Shown piece by piece: positions 1 to 13,043 of a DNA stretch of 64,000 nt. Position 1 is the stretch's first letter; each line of letters starts with the position of its first letter. Origin of the DNA: Gonapodya sp. JEL0774 (Eukaryota). The notes beneath the pieces are model-generated. The model was not told the origin of the DNA. It did not search any database and worked only from the letters and a program-made list of their open reading frames with translations. The translations under genes were made by a program, and so were the position numbers. The stretch spans positions 1 through 64,000 of the forward strand of contig JADIIX010000104.1 in the NCBI GenBank assembly GCA_027604505.1. The letters run 5' to 3'.

Positions 1-514
1 GCTATGCCACACCGGAGTGGCAACCTGAAAGCCTCATCTTTGCTGATGACCTTGTTGATGCCTATGAACGCAAACACCCAGCAGCCAATGGGAGGATCCT
101 TACACACCGTGCGCGTAAGAAAGGTTTTGCGCAACGACGCAACCTCTTGCAAGCATAAGGGCTTCTCGAGACGTGATAGGCTATCACTTTGCGCAATGAC
201 ACACTTAGCTCGAGTGGAGCGAGCTTTAACGAACCAGGGGGAGTGTTGTATGACCACTGAGTCGACGCTCGGGACGTAGCGTAGTGTATATATATTTTTG
301 TATGACGCGCTCACATAGCAGTCCAACGGGACTGGATACACAGAATACATATACACTCGGGACCCTGATTCTCGTCCCACACCCCGTCATTCCACATTGC
401 AATGGTAATGAAACAATCAAAGTTACAACGTCTTTATTTTCCTTACTGCTTAACCACATACATGAAACTACTGTACAAAAGTAAGTCCCAGAAGGCTGAC
501 TGAGTGTTTCAAAG

Positions 515-1909
515 TCAAAAGCCAGGAATTATCTTGACAGTCTTTCCTCTCTGTGCCACCTTGGCACCAATTTCTTCAAAGAACGCTGCATTTCCAGCTA
601 TGAATCCCTCAAGCACCACTGAGACTCCAGGTAACCTGATCAGCCAGTTGGTAACAGTGTCCACAGGGTCTGCTCCCCACTCCCGCTCAAGCTCATCAAT
701 TCCACCAGTTCTTTTGCTGACAGGATCACCTCCAAACCAAACACATACATGCTGGACCCTGGGGAAGAGCAGACAAGCAAGAGATGAATGCTCAGTCAGG
801 AGTGCTGAAACAGGTCCTATTTGTACTCTTGATTGTGGACGTGCCCACAGGATGGTAGTGTCAATTGATATGGTATGAAGATTGTGATAGGTTGGAGTGG
901 GTCGAGGAGAGCCATCAACCAGATGATTGACACCTGGACCATTGTAGTTCCACTTGAGTGCCATCAAATCAATCTGACCAAAAACTCTCAAATTACGAAA
1001 GTTATCAAGAATAACTTGGACATGGGTGGACTGACCCATGGCCATACTATAGGGAGACAAGCATTTGAATGAAACTTCAATGATGTTGTCAAGTGGGCCA
1101 AGCAGTCGAATGAACTCATCCAGAGGTTTCTCGAGTTGGCGTCCATATCGGGCATTTAATCGAAGGACCGAAAGGTTTGGGAAGGGTTTGAGTCTAGGAA
1201 CTGAGAATAGAAAGTTCTGACAGTCTGTTTGTGGGCAGAGATCGATGGAAATGGAAGTAACATTGTTTGCAGGGTTTGGTAGTGATGCTGCAATTATACC
1301 AAGATCGCATTCAACCAGACGGAGATCCCTTGGTTGGAGTTCTGGAGGCGTTTCATGAGAGAGAAAGCGACCCAGAATACCAGCAACATGCGAAGCATTC
1401 CCCACAACCCCTGGTCCCGTGTTCCATTTAAGTGAAGTGACGGCGACTGGTAAGATCTTGGGGGGATTGGTTTCATGCTCGCGAAACCAAAAAAATTCCA
1501 GCATTTTGGCAAGCTTCATGAGTCTCTCTTCCAGGTTTGCACTTGAAAACCACTCCCCAATGTCAATGGCGACTGAAATGGCTGCGAATCGACTACCGGA
1601 ACTTCCAACCGAAACGAATGTCGGAAGGATGTCGCAGCTGGTAACTTTCTCCCAGTCATCAAGCTCATGCGTGTCCATTCCGGCATCGTCTGGACAGCGT
1701 ATGCTGAGGAGAGCTGGAACGAGATTATCCAAGCGGTACAGAGATTTGCCGAGACGTCGCCATTGGGAGCAAACAAGTGTGACTATAGAGTAGAATTCGC
1801 GAGGGGAGAACCATCGAAAAACGGGGAGAAGAAGCTCCTCTGGCAGGTCTGGAACAAGGCAAGAATAGATATCCATGAAACATTCGTCCCGACTGGCCCG
1901 ATCTGTCAC
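515..1909 (-). CDS. F-box protein, intronless, with LRR-like C-terminal region
   Basis: 464-aa ORF. N-terminal LVPDLPEELLLPVFRWFSPREFYSIVTLVCSQWRRL fits the F-box consensus. Later segments FPNLSVLRL, FRNLRVF and FPRVQHV look like LRR units. Confidence 0.75.
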   Translation of the reverse strand: MTDRASRDECFMDIYSCLVPDLPEELLLPVFRWFSPREFYSIVTLVCSQWRRLGKSLYRLDNLVPALLSIRCPDDAGMDTHELDDWEKVTSCDILPTFVSVGSSGSRFAAISVAIDIGEWFSSANLEERLMKLAKMLEFFWFREHETNPPKILPVAVTSLKWNTGPGVVGNASHVAGILGRFLSHETPPELQPRDLRLVECDLGIIAASLPNPANNVTSISIDLCPQTDCQNFLFSVPRLKPFPNLSVLRLNARYGRQLEKPLDEFIRLLGPLDNIIEVSFKCLSPYSMAMGQSTHVQVILDNFRNLRVFGQIDLMALKWNYNGPGVNHLVDGSPRPTPTYHNLHTISIDTTILWARPQSRVQIGPVSALLTEHSSLACLLFPRVQHVCVWFGGDPVSKRTGGIDELEREWGADPVDTVTNWLIRLPGVSVVLEGFIAGNAAFFEEIGAKVAQRGKTVKIIPGF

Positions 1910-2134
1910 CCACCTTGTATAACAGTCTCGCGCTTTTGTTTCCCAATATATTCAGCTTCCACTCGTGATTCCATTTGTTGTGGCACCGATTTTGCAAGGG
2001 GTTTGCGTGGTTCTTGTGGTCTTTTGATTGACTGAGTGACCCTCAGCAGGTTTTCCTCAGTGTCACGTCTGGTGGTTGGTACCTCGGTACGGAAATGCTC
2101 CTCTTTAGCTTGGCAGGAGCAGCACCGACGTTAC

Positions 2135-5100
2135 ATGGCAAAGTCCAAGAAAAAAGGGAAGCGGCCAATTACGCCGCCTCCTTCAAACCCAACTGCAAGC
2201 TCTGTTGAATCTGTGGGAACTAGCTCACCGACGAACTCGGTCACTCCAGCTCCCAGTCCGAATTCGAAGTCTCCTGCCAAAAATTTGTCGAATCGTGCCT
2301 CTATTCTTGAGAAAGTTCAGCAGTTTTCGCCTTTTCAAACTAATCACTCTGCTACCGGTACTGATGCAGCAAACCTCGCAAGACTACTGTACTTATACAC
2401 ACCATCTTCGCTCCCTCTACCGTACGACATTCGAGTAACTCCCGACCCTTTGAATTTCGGAAAAGTCATACGACACTCGGCAGAACCGCGCCGTTCCGTA
2501 ATTTTGACGAATCTAGGAAGCCGGAGCGTCAGAATCACGAAGTACTTCATCGTTCATGAGCTGGTCGGAATCGGTGGCCCATTTAGCATCCGAAAGCATG
2601 GTGGGAGAGTCGAAGAGACGGCGACAGAAGCCGGAAATGCAGTGGCTGAGGAAATAGAAGTCGACTCTGGATCATCTCATTTTTTCGAAGTTGTCGCAGA
2701 CACCAGCAGCGAATTCGGAACCAAACGTGGATTCATCGTGCTGCTCATTGACAATGAATATGTATGCGTTCGGGAATGTGGGATGGTGCTCACAAGTGCT
2801 CTCATGGCCACGTTCAGATTTGATGTCTTCGCCAAAGTTTACATACCAGACAATGTTGTCAATCTGTTCAAGCAGAGGCTCGTCTCCCCAGTCGTACCTG
2901 CTATGCCACCTCCAGGCCCAAATCTTGCAATGATTTCCTCCGACGCGATCCCTCCCGGTCTCAACATCACTCCGTTCTCCTTTCCCATTATCCCCACACT
3001 CCACCCGTCTGGAAAGATCAATCGTGAATTCGCCATATCAAAGGAGGTCACATTTCGAAATTATAGCACCCACTTCAGATCCCTTCTCTTGTCCGAAATG
3101 GGCACTGCATCTCAAAGGTATCGGTCATTCTCCCTCTTTGCGGTCCCCATCGAGGCGGACGTGAAGCTCTCGAGTCAGGGCGTGCACTTTGTAAGAATTA
3201 AAGTACCTGGGATCCTGGACAATGCACCCCGCGTAATTCCTGGTAATGTAATTCGCCTTAGATGCCTGTCTACATGGGATGGCTTCGAGTACCAAGCCTT
3301 TGTTTGGAATGTTCAACGGCGAACGCAGGAGATTGTGGTGCAGGTATCTGAATGGACCACTCAGAGATATCCGGTTGGATCCCGTTGGAATGTGGAGTTC
3401 GTGTACAGTGAGGAGGATATAACCAGAATGATGAGAGCGTGCGATGCTGTGACGTCCACTGCTTCTGAGACTCAAGAAGCGCCTGCAAGGTCGTGGTTAT
3501 TTCCTGATGTTTCGGATGGTGTTCGATTGCTACGAGGGGAACGTCGGTCTCAGAGGTGGAGTTTACGGTGGCACGACTCAGATTTAAACTTAGAGCAACG
3601 GGTGAGTCTCTTTTGCTTAATCAATTGTACGCTTTTCAAATTCCAATTGCTTGTATGGTTTGGGTATTTGCCACGCCCAGAAAGCCGTTGAGGCCATTGT
3701 TGACAACGATTATGGCAATGTTCCCGTGAGTGCTACCTAATTTCCCCCGAGTGTCATAGTGAGAACTTACGAGACCCTTCAACGTGTGCGTGTGGTCACT
3801 TGACTTTGCCTTGGTGAGAAAGTACGCCATATGGGGTCCGCCTGGAACCGGCAAAACGAAAACTATTGTCGAGGCCATTCTGCAAGTCCTCTCTTGCAAT
3901 CCAAATTCTCACATACTGGGTGAGCATTTTTTATTTGTGTCCTGGCGAAAAACGTCAAATTCGTTACCCCTTAATGTGGCTGGTCCATCCCGAAGCCACA
4001 ACTCCGTCCCACTCCGCTGCTGATACGCTCACACTGCGCCTGAAGCGCCACCTTCCGCCTTCCCAACTTCTCCGGCTCGTTCACCATTCTCGCATGTTCT
4101 CCGAAATCCCCCAGGAGATCTTACCATTTACTTTCACGGACCCAACCAACCGGTTCTTCTCGGTTCCAACAGTACATCGTTTGCTTGAGTACCGTATCGT
4201 GGTTTGCACATGTCAAGATGCGAGTATCCTTATTGATCTCGGCGTGAGCAACACAACCCTCGAAGAGGTATGGACTGGACACCACGTAAATTTGCGAGAA
4301 AGGTATCCGCACCTTCATAGATCTGAGGCACCGCCTTGGGAAGCTCATTGGACACACCTCTTTGTCGATGAGGCAGGGCAGGCTCTGGAACCGGAAGTTG
4401 CTATTCCAATGAGCGTCGCTCTCGTTCGATCGAGCGGTTATGACCATTTCGAGGTGCGCCACGGCAGTGACATGCTTTCTGGAGAATTGGTTTCTGGGAA
4501 GAGTTTGATCTCTGCATCGCCGAATCAAGGTCCAGTCCCAGTTCGTCGTCAGCCTTCTCAGGTTATTCTCAGTGGAGACTTTAGGCAGCTCGGCCCAATC
4601 GTCCAGTCTGAATTTTCCCGTCAGAATAAACTCGGCGTGTCTTTGATGGAGCGAGTCATGTCACGGCCACTTTACGCTCAACACCCTTCAGCTCGAGACC
4701 AAATATCATACTCAGGTGAACGTCGAAATGTTTTCGATGGAGGTGGAAAGCCTTCGCAGGAACGTGGGATGGATTTCAGCGGAACCCCTCAAGATACTTG
4801 CATCTCGGATGAGATGGCCCAGATTGTTCCGCCATTCCAGAATCTCGTCAAGAACTACAGGAGTCATCCGGGTATCATTATGGAACCGTGAGCGATCGAT
4901 TTTTTGAGAGATGTTTCATGAGCTGAAACTCTATGCTGATGTCTTTCCCGCAGCTCCCGATTATTTTACTCTGATACTCTCGTTCCTGCTGCACCATTGA
5001 ATGCGGTTTCGTCCCTTCTTTCATGGAAGAACCTCCCGAACCCTCAATTTCCAATTTTAATCTATGGCGTGCAAGGCGAGGACGAAGCTGTTGGTGAGGG

Positions 5101-5813
5101 CGACTCATGGTGGAATGAGGCGGAAGTTGCTGCAGTGCTGGAGACAGTTGAGGCTCTCCTCGCGGCGGACTCCGGAGTGAAGATCTCGCCGGGGGATTTT
5201 GCTATCATTGCGCCTTTTCGAGAGCAGGTTAGAAGAATAAGACAAGTCCTTCGACAGAAAGGCTTGGCCGCGGTTAATGTGGGTGGTGTGGAGGATTTCC
5301 AGGGAATGGAACGCAGGGTGGTAATTCTGAGCTGCGTGCGGAGTCGGGAGAGATTCACTCTGGAGGACCAAAAGCGAGATCTCGGCGTTGTCATAAATGG
5401 AAAGTGGGATGGTAGGCGCCTGAACGTTGCCCTAACGAGAGCAAAAGAACTTCTGGTTGCCATAGGGAATCCAGCACTCTGGACTGTAAGTTTCAATATC
5501 AGTGCGCACTTCCATCCTCTGTTCCGTAGTTAAGGTTACCTTTATTTTCCAAACAAAGGCTGACATGTACTGGCGGGAGATCCTTCATTTCGCTTCGCGC
5601 CGACATCTTTACAAAGGCTTGCCATTACCTCCTCAGTTTTCGTACATGCAGTACGCACATATTGGACTTCTCGAGCGGAAGTTCCTTGAGGCAACTTCTG
5701 TTGAGCTTGCGTTTACGCTTGACCCTGTTTCTGAAGCCGCAGCTGACTGGGAGGTGGATCAAAATGATCCTCTCCACGGAATAGTTGATGAGTGGGTCTC
5801 GGACGGCTTATAA
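2135..5813 (+). CDS. MOV10: MOV10/SDE3/Armitage-like SF1 (Upf1-like) RNA helicase, multi-exon
   Basis: Motifs across exons: LNLEQR, WGPPGTGKTKTIVEAILQ (Walker A), THLFVDEAGQALEPE, GDFRQLGP, LVKNYRSHP, SWWNEAE, VEDFQGMERRVVILSCVRS, RLNVALTRAKELL. N-terminal Ig-like and barrel segments (VPGILDNAPRVIPGN) are typical of MOV10. ATG 2135, TAA 5811-5813. Confidence 0.88.
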
Positions 5814-6091
5814 TCAGTGGATTAACGAACAGTAATAGTGTGTCTTGAATGTGAATATGCCTCGAAGAGCGGTCTTGTAATTTTTATCTAATTGCATTGA
5901 ATGTGACATTCGGAAATTATTTGACAAGAATCAGTTGACATCATTTCCAATTGACGCGTTTTGGTAATTCGACAAACTTCTCGAACGAGGGTGGGCAATC
6001 CAGATCCATATCTCTAATTAGGGTATTATCACAACTCAACCTTCACCGCACTAGGGTATGCTGTTCAAAAAGTATGTGCGCAACCAAAAGT

Positions 6092-9000
6092 TCATATTTC
6101 TTGCAATGCCCTTCCTTCTCCAAAGGCAACTCGACCATTTGACGAAGAACCAACAGTGCCCGCACTACCTCGAGCAGAGGGGTTCAGGTATCCATCATTG
6201 CATAGAGTGAGCACGTCTGGCCGCCGTTCTTTCTTGTACTCCAAGCACTTGCGAATAAAATCCTTCGAAATCAATCATCAACGAGAGGTGATTTATGTGT
6301 ACTAAATGGTGTCGCAGCAGCTGATCTTACTTTTGTCTCCTGACTAACGGAAGGCTTCGCCGGGAACACAAGCGAGTGAGCCTCGTTTGTGATGGAGTCA
6401 TTACGCAAAATTGTTTGCTGACTCTGATCACGGCCAAACGGTTTGACCCCAAACAGAAGCTCGTAGAAGATTATGCCCATCGACCAGACGTCAACTTTGG
6501 ACGAAATCCGGGGTGCGTCACCACTGCGGGAGTTCTCAAATACTTCTGGAGGCAGATACCTGCACAAGTAATGAGAAATTGGTTTATTATTAGCAATTTT
6601 AAGAGGACCTGTCAGGAAGTGAAGGAATCCTACCATATGGTACCCGCGCCTTGGCTTGTGAGCTCAATTTCCTTTGCCCACTTTGTTACCGGGGGAGGAG
6701 GGCCCATCACCCTGCGCTCGCTGGCTGAAGAGCTCTCAATTCGATCTGGTTCTACGACTTTGGACAAGCCGAAATCGGTGATGCGAACTTCGCCGAAGTG
6801 GAAAAGGATGTTCCCTGGTTTGATGGGGATGCGTCAGAACTCGCATCAAAGCGCTTTGGCGATCCAGGCAGAATGACGCACCAGGTTTTAAGTCGTAGTG
6901 AATAACTGCGGGTGAAATTTCGTTGAGGTACTTCAATCCACTGAAGACTTGGGTAATGACACTGCGGGCTTCTCTCTCTGGGAGAACTTTCACAGAATGA
7001 AGGTGGCTTTCAAGATCGGTGCCGTTGCAATATTCAAGAACGGTAGCGAATGATTGGTCGTCTATCTCGAAGACGTCAAACAGGCGCACGATGCGAGGAT
7101 GTGAGAGTCGTTGGTGTATCGAGTATTCTCTCATTGCGTGTCGAGTATAGGTCTTTTTACGCTCATCGGACCACTGTGAGTTTAACGAGTGAATTCTATT
7201 GAGAGCAACATGTATGATGAGAAGTGCAACACAAAATCGAGTTCGCGTCACAACACTTGCTTTACGGCAACGACGCGCATTTCTTCTGCATCGAAAGCTT
7301 TCCACACCTCACTGAAGCCTCCCCGTCCGAGAAGCTCCAGTAGCAGGTACCGGTCATGAAGCACTGGGTGGTTGTTGAACCGGGAGGCATCTTCATCGCG
7401 GATTCTCCGCAGTTCTCGAACGTGTTGATCACGTTCAACTGAGAGACGCTCTTGTTGATTAAGGAGGTCAGCCTCTTCCTATAATATCAACAATGCTCTT
7501 CGGTGGCCATTAAATTGTGCGGGAAAACGACATATCTAACCTTTTTCAGCGCTGACAACCGAATTTTTAAAATTTCGTCGTACTCATGGAATTCTGCGAT
7601 TGAAATTGGATTAAGTTGAGGATCTGCTAATGAACTCGACACGATGGATGATGCGGAACGGCCTTTGGGTGCTGCCAATGCATCTGCTGCACCGAACAAG
7701 TCCATTGAGTTACCACTTGGAACTAGCGAATTAGATTCGCTCAGGACTTTGTGACCTGTCCAAGTACGACGCAAGCGTCTGCAAATCAAAGATCTTTGTA
7801 TCTCAAAATCTTTACGCTTACCAATTGCTTTCCGTTTTGCGAGGACTTTCTTCTTTTTGTCAATTTCCTCTCGCTCCTTGTTGATCCGCGCCAACTGGTC
7901 CGAAATCGCGCTGAATTCGTATCCCTGCTCCCAGTGCTCGCGAAAATCGATTCCATGTCTGTTCATATAAGCCCATGACATGACAGATCGTCAAATAAAT
8001 AATTGTTGGAATACAAGGATAAACAACAACTGACCTTTCCATCGTCATACTGGCAAGACGTAACGTGTTCTCGTGCATTTTACGCCTCGAGGACCTCGCT
8101 TTGTCACGGGCCTGGGTGACAAGTAGCTCCGAGAGGACAGACCAGCACTGAGGTAAAGTTTGTCCATTTAATCCTGGAACCGCAATCGCACTTGGTTATT
8201 CCTGCAACCCACTTTGTCTTTCCAGTCTCTCCTCTCCTGATCACTGTGCGCGATCTTATCTCGTGCCTCACGGGATACTCGGACTGCGAGCTGTTCCGCA
8301 TCATTCCGTTCCGTCTCTAGTTCTTTCACACGACGCTCAAAGTTCGAAATTTTAGTCTAGAAAACGATCGAGGATCAGAGTTCTTCTGTCACAACAGGGG
8401 AAAGAAGAAATCGCAAGGGCCAAGACCCGTGAAATTCTTCTCTGCTTTAGACAATTTTCTCACCCTATAACGCTCCTCGGTGGCGATAACAGCCTCTTGA
8501 ATAGCCTTTTCTCTTTCCTTTTCGGATCTCTCACGATCACCAGGTCTAGTGAAATACTCGTAAATTGGTTTTGTGCCTGGTAGTGGAGGAACAGGGGGAG
8601 CGGAAGATGGTGCTGGAACCCCAAGAGGAGTGGGTGAGGGAGCTCTCTTGATCATTGATGGCTGAGAGTTGGACGGAGATGCGGGGACAAACATCGGTGC
8701 AGGCGATAATTGCCTCCCTTGCACCGTCATTTCGTCCATGTTCTGGTGTGGACTCAATCCAACGGAAATTAAACCAGCCGCTTTAAAGCCTCCATTTGTT
8801 ATTCCGCTCACAGAACCACTAACGGGGCCAGTAATGCCATTGGCTAAAGCTGCAACAGAGCCAGCGTCACCTTCCTTCTTCCTCCTTTGTTGTACTCTGC
8901 GATAGCGCGCTCGAACTTGGTCCCCAGTTCTCTCCGTTCCCATTTCCCGCGCGATTCTGTCCCAATCTGATCCATGTTCGGCATACAGACGGTCGATGAG

Positions 9001-10638
9001 AAGATCTTCGGCTTCACTGAAGTATTTCCGCTTGCCTGCCGGTTGGGTGGCGGCGGAGGGTGGGCCGGGAACAGATGTGTTGTCGGGACCTGGGTTGAAC
9101 GAAGCCACAGGAGAAGGTCCATTGGGAGCCCCATTCGGCCGAGGGGATCCAGGAGGGGTAAACGTGGATGCGTTGGCGGGGATCGCCCCAAAGTCCGTTG
9201 CCAGAAACAAGCCAGACCCTTTGCGGGCCTCGTTTCCGATCGAAGCGAGAGCAACCCCACTGACGCCATCACTGCGCCCTTCTTGAGTAAACTTCAGCAC
9301 GCGGCCCTTCCCCACCGGCGACTGCTCCACGGATTCATCGGCAGAACGATCCCCATCATCTTCCGTTCGGTTGTGAGAGCCGGGACCATTCGCGCTTTTC
9401 TCGGGATCGGGTGTGGGAGCGATAAAGAAATCTTCAAAATTTCGTGATGATCCCCGAGTAGCAGGTGCTATAGCGCGGTGGCTGCTGGAAGGACTGGAAG
9501 GGGACAAGGGCGAGGACGGTTCAAGAGAGGGTGCGCGCGGTGGGAAAACATTTAGTTTTCCATCTTGAGCCTCGTGTCCTTCAAAAGACAGTGTGGGCAA
9601 TTGAAGGTGACCGGTTTGAGAATGACGCATGTCCGGGTTGCGGTGCAATGATGAGGTCGAAGAGGAGGAGTTGCGGGGTAGTGAAGGAGGGCACGGTGAT
9701 TTCAAAGACACGGCAAAGGCAGATTGTGGCACTGGGGAGACAGCTGGGGAAGATAGAGCTTCGCGCGAAGAGTTTTTGGACCGAGGTGTTTTAGAAGAAG
9801 GTGTCTTTGGAGCACGGGAAGTCGACCATTTGGTGGCAGACTTTGATCCCAGCTGTGCAGTAGTTCCACTATTGACTCGTTTCGTTGGCGTGCAGACCGG
9901 GGGGGTGGCGGCATGGGGAGGTGTCGGGGTTGGATGGTTGCTGGCATTGTGCAGGGGAGTTTCCACCTTGGATGTCTTTCGAGACTGAAAGGGCGTTGAA
10001 GATGCCGACTGGCCCGAAAAGAGAGTCGACTCGGTGTTTGTGGAAGTTCGAGTGACGCGTCCTAAAATTCGAGCCTCCAACAGTTCGAGCTTGCGCTGGT
10101 CGAGGGCAGGAAGACCAAGGACGTCGGGAGACACTGATGAGCTATGTGAGTGCGTATCTAAGGGATTTCGTCGATATTGTGTGGGTTTGTTCGCTCTCCG
10201 GCACGTTGTCCCCCAACGCCAACTCACCATAACCGAAGTCAATAGGGGTGTGCGATCTTTCTCCTTCCACGACAGTAGTGTCTCCGTGGCGCTCACTTCC
10301 GCTCGCGTCAGATTCTATGTCAGCTTAGAGCCAACTGTTCAGTACATACATTACTCTGAAAGCATATTCCCAGTCTCCGGTGGCTTTACCTGCAGCATCA
10401 AGTGACCTTGTGGTCCCAGTCTGAAAATCCCGTCCGATGCGTTGTCGTTTCACGTTTTCGTCACTTTGGTGAACACTTGTGGATCCGTCGTTCTCGTCGC
10501 CGGGTTGCCTTTGTCTCTTCGATCCACGACCTCCTGAGGCAGGTCCACGGCGCTTTGCCCTTCCTCTAGACTCTGCAAGTGACGGCTCCAATTCTACATG
10601 CGCCGTGTGGGGCGAAGATCCGTTGATGGAAAGCATGA
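6092..10638 (-). CDS. TLK: Tousled-like Ser/Thr kinase with N-terminal Myb/SANT repeat, multi-exon
   Basis: Kinase motifs [90 protein letters not shown]. The TLK-type coiled coil [26 protein letters not shown] is present. The start codon (10638) is approximate. Confidence 0.9.
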
Positions 10639-10992
10639 GTCTCAGATTTGAATGTGCCAACTGCTCCCAGCGTTGACACCTCGGGCAGATTCGAGAGATT
10701 TTGCCCAATGACTCTGCAAGTTTCTCTTAAAGAATTTCAATTGCGTCGCTTTGGGACCTGCTCGAAGCGTTCGCTTCTCAAATCAAATGCCAATACCACA
10801 GGAAGGTGCTTGGTGAGTTCGTGGCTGTCTCTCACATCAGAACCATTCAAACAGGCAAGACCTGAACTGAACACAACGGATCAGAACCGGACACCGAGTT
10901 TGGTAGATTTGGTGCGGAAACAAAACGAGAACACGAGACTATCATATTTCCACTTTCTGTCCTGCTGATCTGCGGCTTTCCACGTGCTCGAT

Positions 10993-12565
10993 ATGGCTTT
11001 CTCCCAACCGATTGCCCACACTGTTCTTGCCGTCGCTGAGGTCTTTCAGATGAACATTCTTGCGCGCCTTCACCCATCTGTTCTCTGGCCCCTCCGCACC
11101 ATCTCGTGGCAATTCAAGTAGAGTGTACAGCAAGCGTGTCTTTATCGATTTCGGCAGGTATGACTTTTTACCAAACACCCAAGGGAGCTTCGTGACATGT
11201 TTTACCTGCTTTACAAAGCTCCATGGGTTGCGATACATGGACCAATTGCTCGCGGAACTTGAACCAGACTTCCGGACAGTCTAGGAACACAGCCCCGGCT
11301 CTCAGGTTCACAAGCTGCCTCGGTACTCGCTCTCATGGCTTTTGCCTCGAATGCTGATGAAATTACTTTTTTCGAGAAGTGTTTGTCGTAAATAATGATC
11401 GCCAGCTTCAAGAGTTTGATACTATGATCTCTGAACAGTTGGGATCCGAGGTGAAATCTCTTTTATTTTGTCTAGTGCCTTGTGGTTCCAATGTTCATTT
11501 CGACTTTAATCTACATCCTTGTCCCATTCGAAACACAAGAGGGGACGTCAAAGGTTCAATTTCACTCCGACCCTAATCTCCATCCCACCCTTCCCCTTCC
11601 AAATCAACCTTTCGGGGGAAGATATTTCATACATTAAGTGGTGCATCACTCGCCTTGACGGGGTAGGGGCACTCCAGCGTCTGCAACACAACCATGCAAA
11701 TCGTCAAACCTCTGAACTTCTCGGCAGTCTCTGCCATATAATAAATCAATGCAATATCCCCAAGAGTTGTGCTCTTCCAGCGCTTGTCAAGCTTTGTCGT
11801 AGTATCAGTGCGAGCTCTGTGCATGGGGTTGTCGGATTGGGTGTCGCGGATAACGACAAGCATGTGGAAGTTCTACTGGACAATTTCGCACGACTTGGAT
11901 GGTCTCTTGGAAATCAGATCTGGTTCATGGACTGGCTTCTCAAGTGGTCCAAACCTGCTCCACGCCATTTAAATTTTGTGATCTGTCAGCGACTGTTGGA
12001 GCTTTGCGATAGCAGAGCATTCTATTCGCCACCTCATGCGATTTCACAATCAATCCGTGTGAAGATATGCGAAAGCCGGGGTGGGAAGGGAGGATCGCCA
12101 CCAAGTTTGGCAAGTTTGTTGAGAACAGTCCACTCCCATTAGAGTCTGCTTATGCAGTCATTGCAGAAGCCGCTGGCCACTGTACCGTGCTTGGTGGACC
12201 TGGTTGGCAACGTGTTGGAGTCTTTCCGACGTCCCTCGTCGGCCAAATGGTGACACAGCAGTGTCTCATCAACAGAGTCCCAAGGGCAGAGCGCAACAAG
12301 GTATTCGGCAAGATCATACGTGCTCATTTGAATGCTTGGACTGCCACATCGCAGTTGCCAAGGGAATCTGGAAGTGAAATCCGAGGCTTTTGAGGATGCT
12401 CTCAATCAGTGGGAGCTCGACGAGGAGGATAGAAACGCCTTGAAAGCCGCTTTGGAAAGGCGCACAGGTAGTTTGTTGCAAGTGTTCTTTGACCAATTAT
12501 TTATAGTGGATTGTGCATCATCAAGAATCGATTCTTCTAACACCCGCATCCTCCTAAACATATGA
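10993..12565 (+). pseudogene. Probable degenerate F-box-like gene
   Basis: ATG 10993 gives MAFSQPIAHTVLAVAEVFQMNILARLHPSVLWPLRTISWQFK (F-box-like), followed by in-frame TAG 11119-11121. Downstream coding-like blocks (11600-12140, 12067-12393, 12332-12470) change frame without evident introns. Confidence 0.45.
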
Positions 12566-13043
12566 GTTTTGGCTGTCGTGGATGCAGAATTCAGCTTATG
12601 GCACCCAGCTGAGTGAGGTCTGAGTCCTGCGTGCCAAGTTCAAGCTGCTCAGGACCCACGACTCAGGGGTTTTGTATCAAGAACCCAGAGACAATAGTGC
12701 TGCGGAAGAAGGCGAGAGTGGATGGGTGTGCGGTGTGTCCCCACCATGTATATGCAGATGCAAGTGTGCAACTACGTGCACGGGGGGTGGGCGGGGGAAG
12801 TCTCTCATGTGTACCAAACCCTCGCATCTGATATCAGCTCGGGCAACGATCCAGTAACAAACCCAGAGACAAAGACTGTGCAAAGAAGCACAAGTGAAAA
12901 GGAGAGGAGAAAACTAACATAATGTAGTCGAATGGAATGGGAAATTATTTGGAATTCAAGTTGGTGCTTCGCAGGCATTTGGAACGATGGTCTCTTGACA
13001 CGAATTGACCAAAATTGAGAACCTTTGGCTTTTAACCTCCTTT

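Noticed and set aside
8669..10405. Numerous long antisense ORFs over TLK, the F-box/XPA gene, the AAA genes and the ABC transporter
   Set aside because: They are shadow ORFs of GC-rich coding strands with no independent motifs.
12600..12922. Cys-rich short ORFs (PPCICRCKCATTCTGG)
   Set aside because: Short, with no recognisable domain or clear gene structure.
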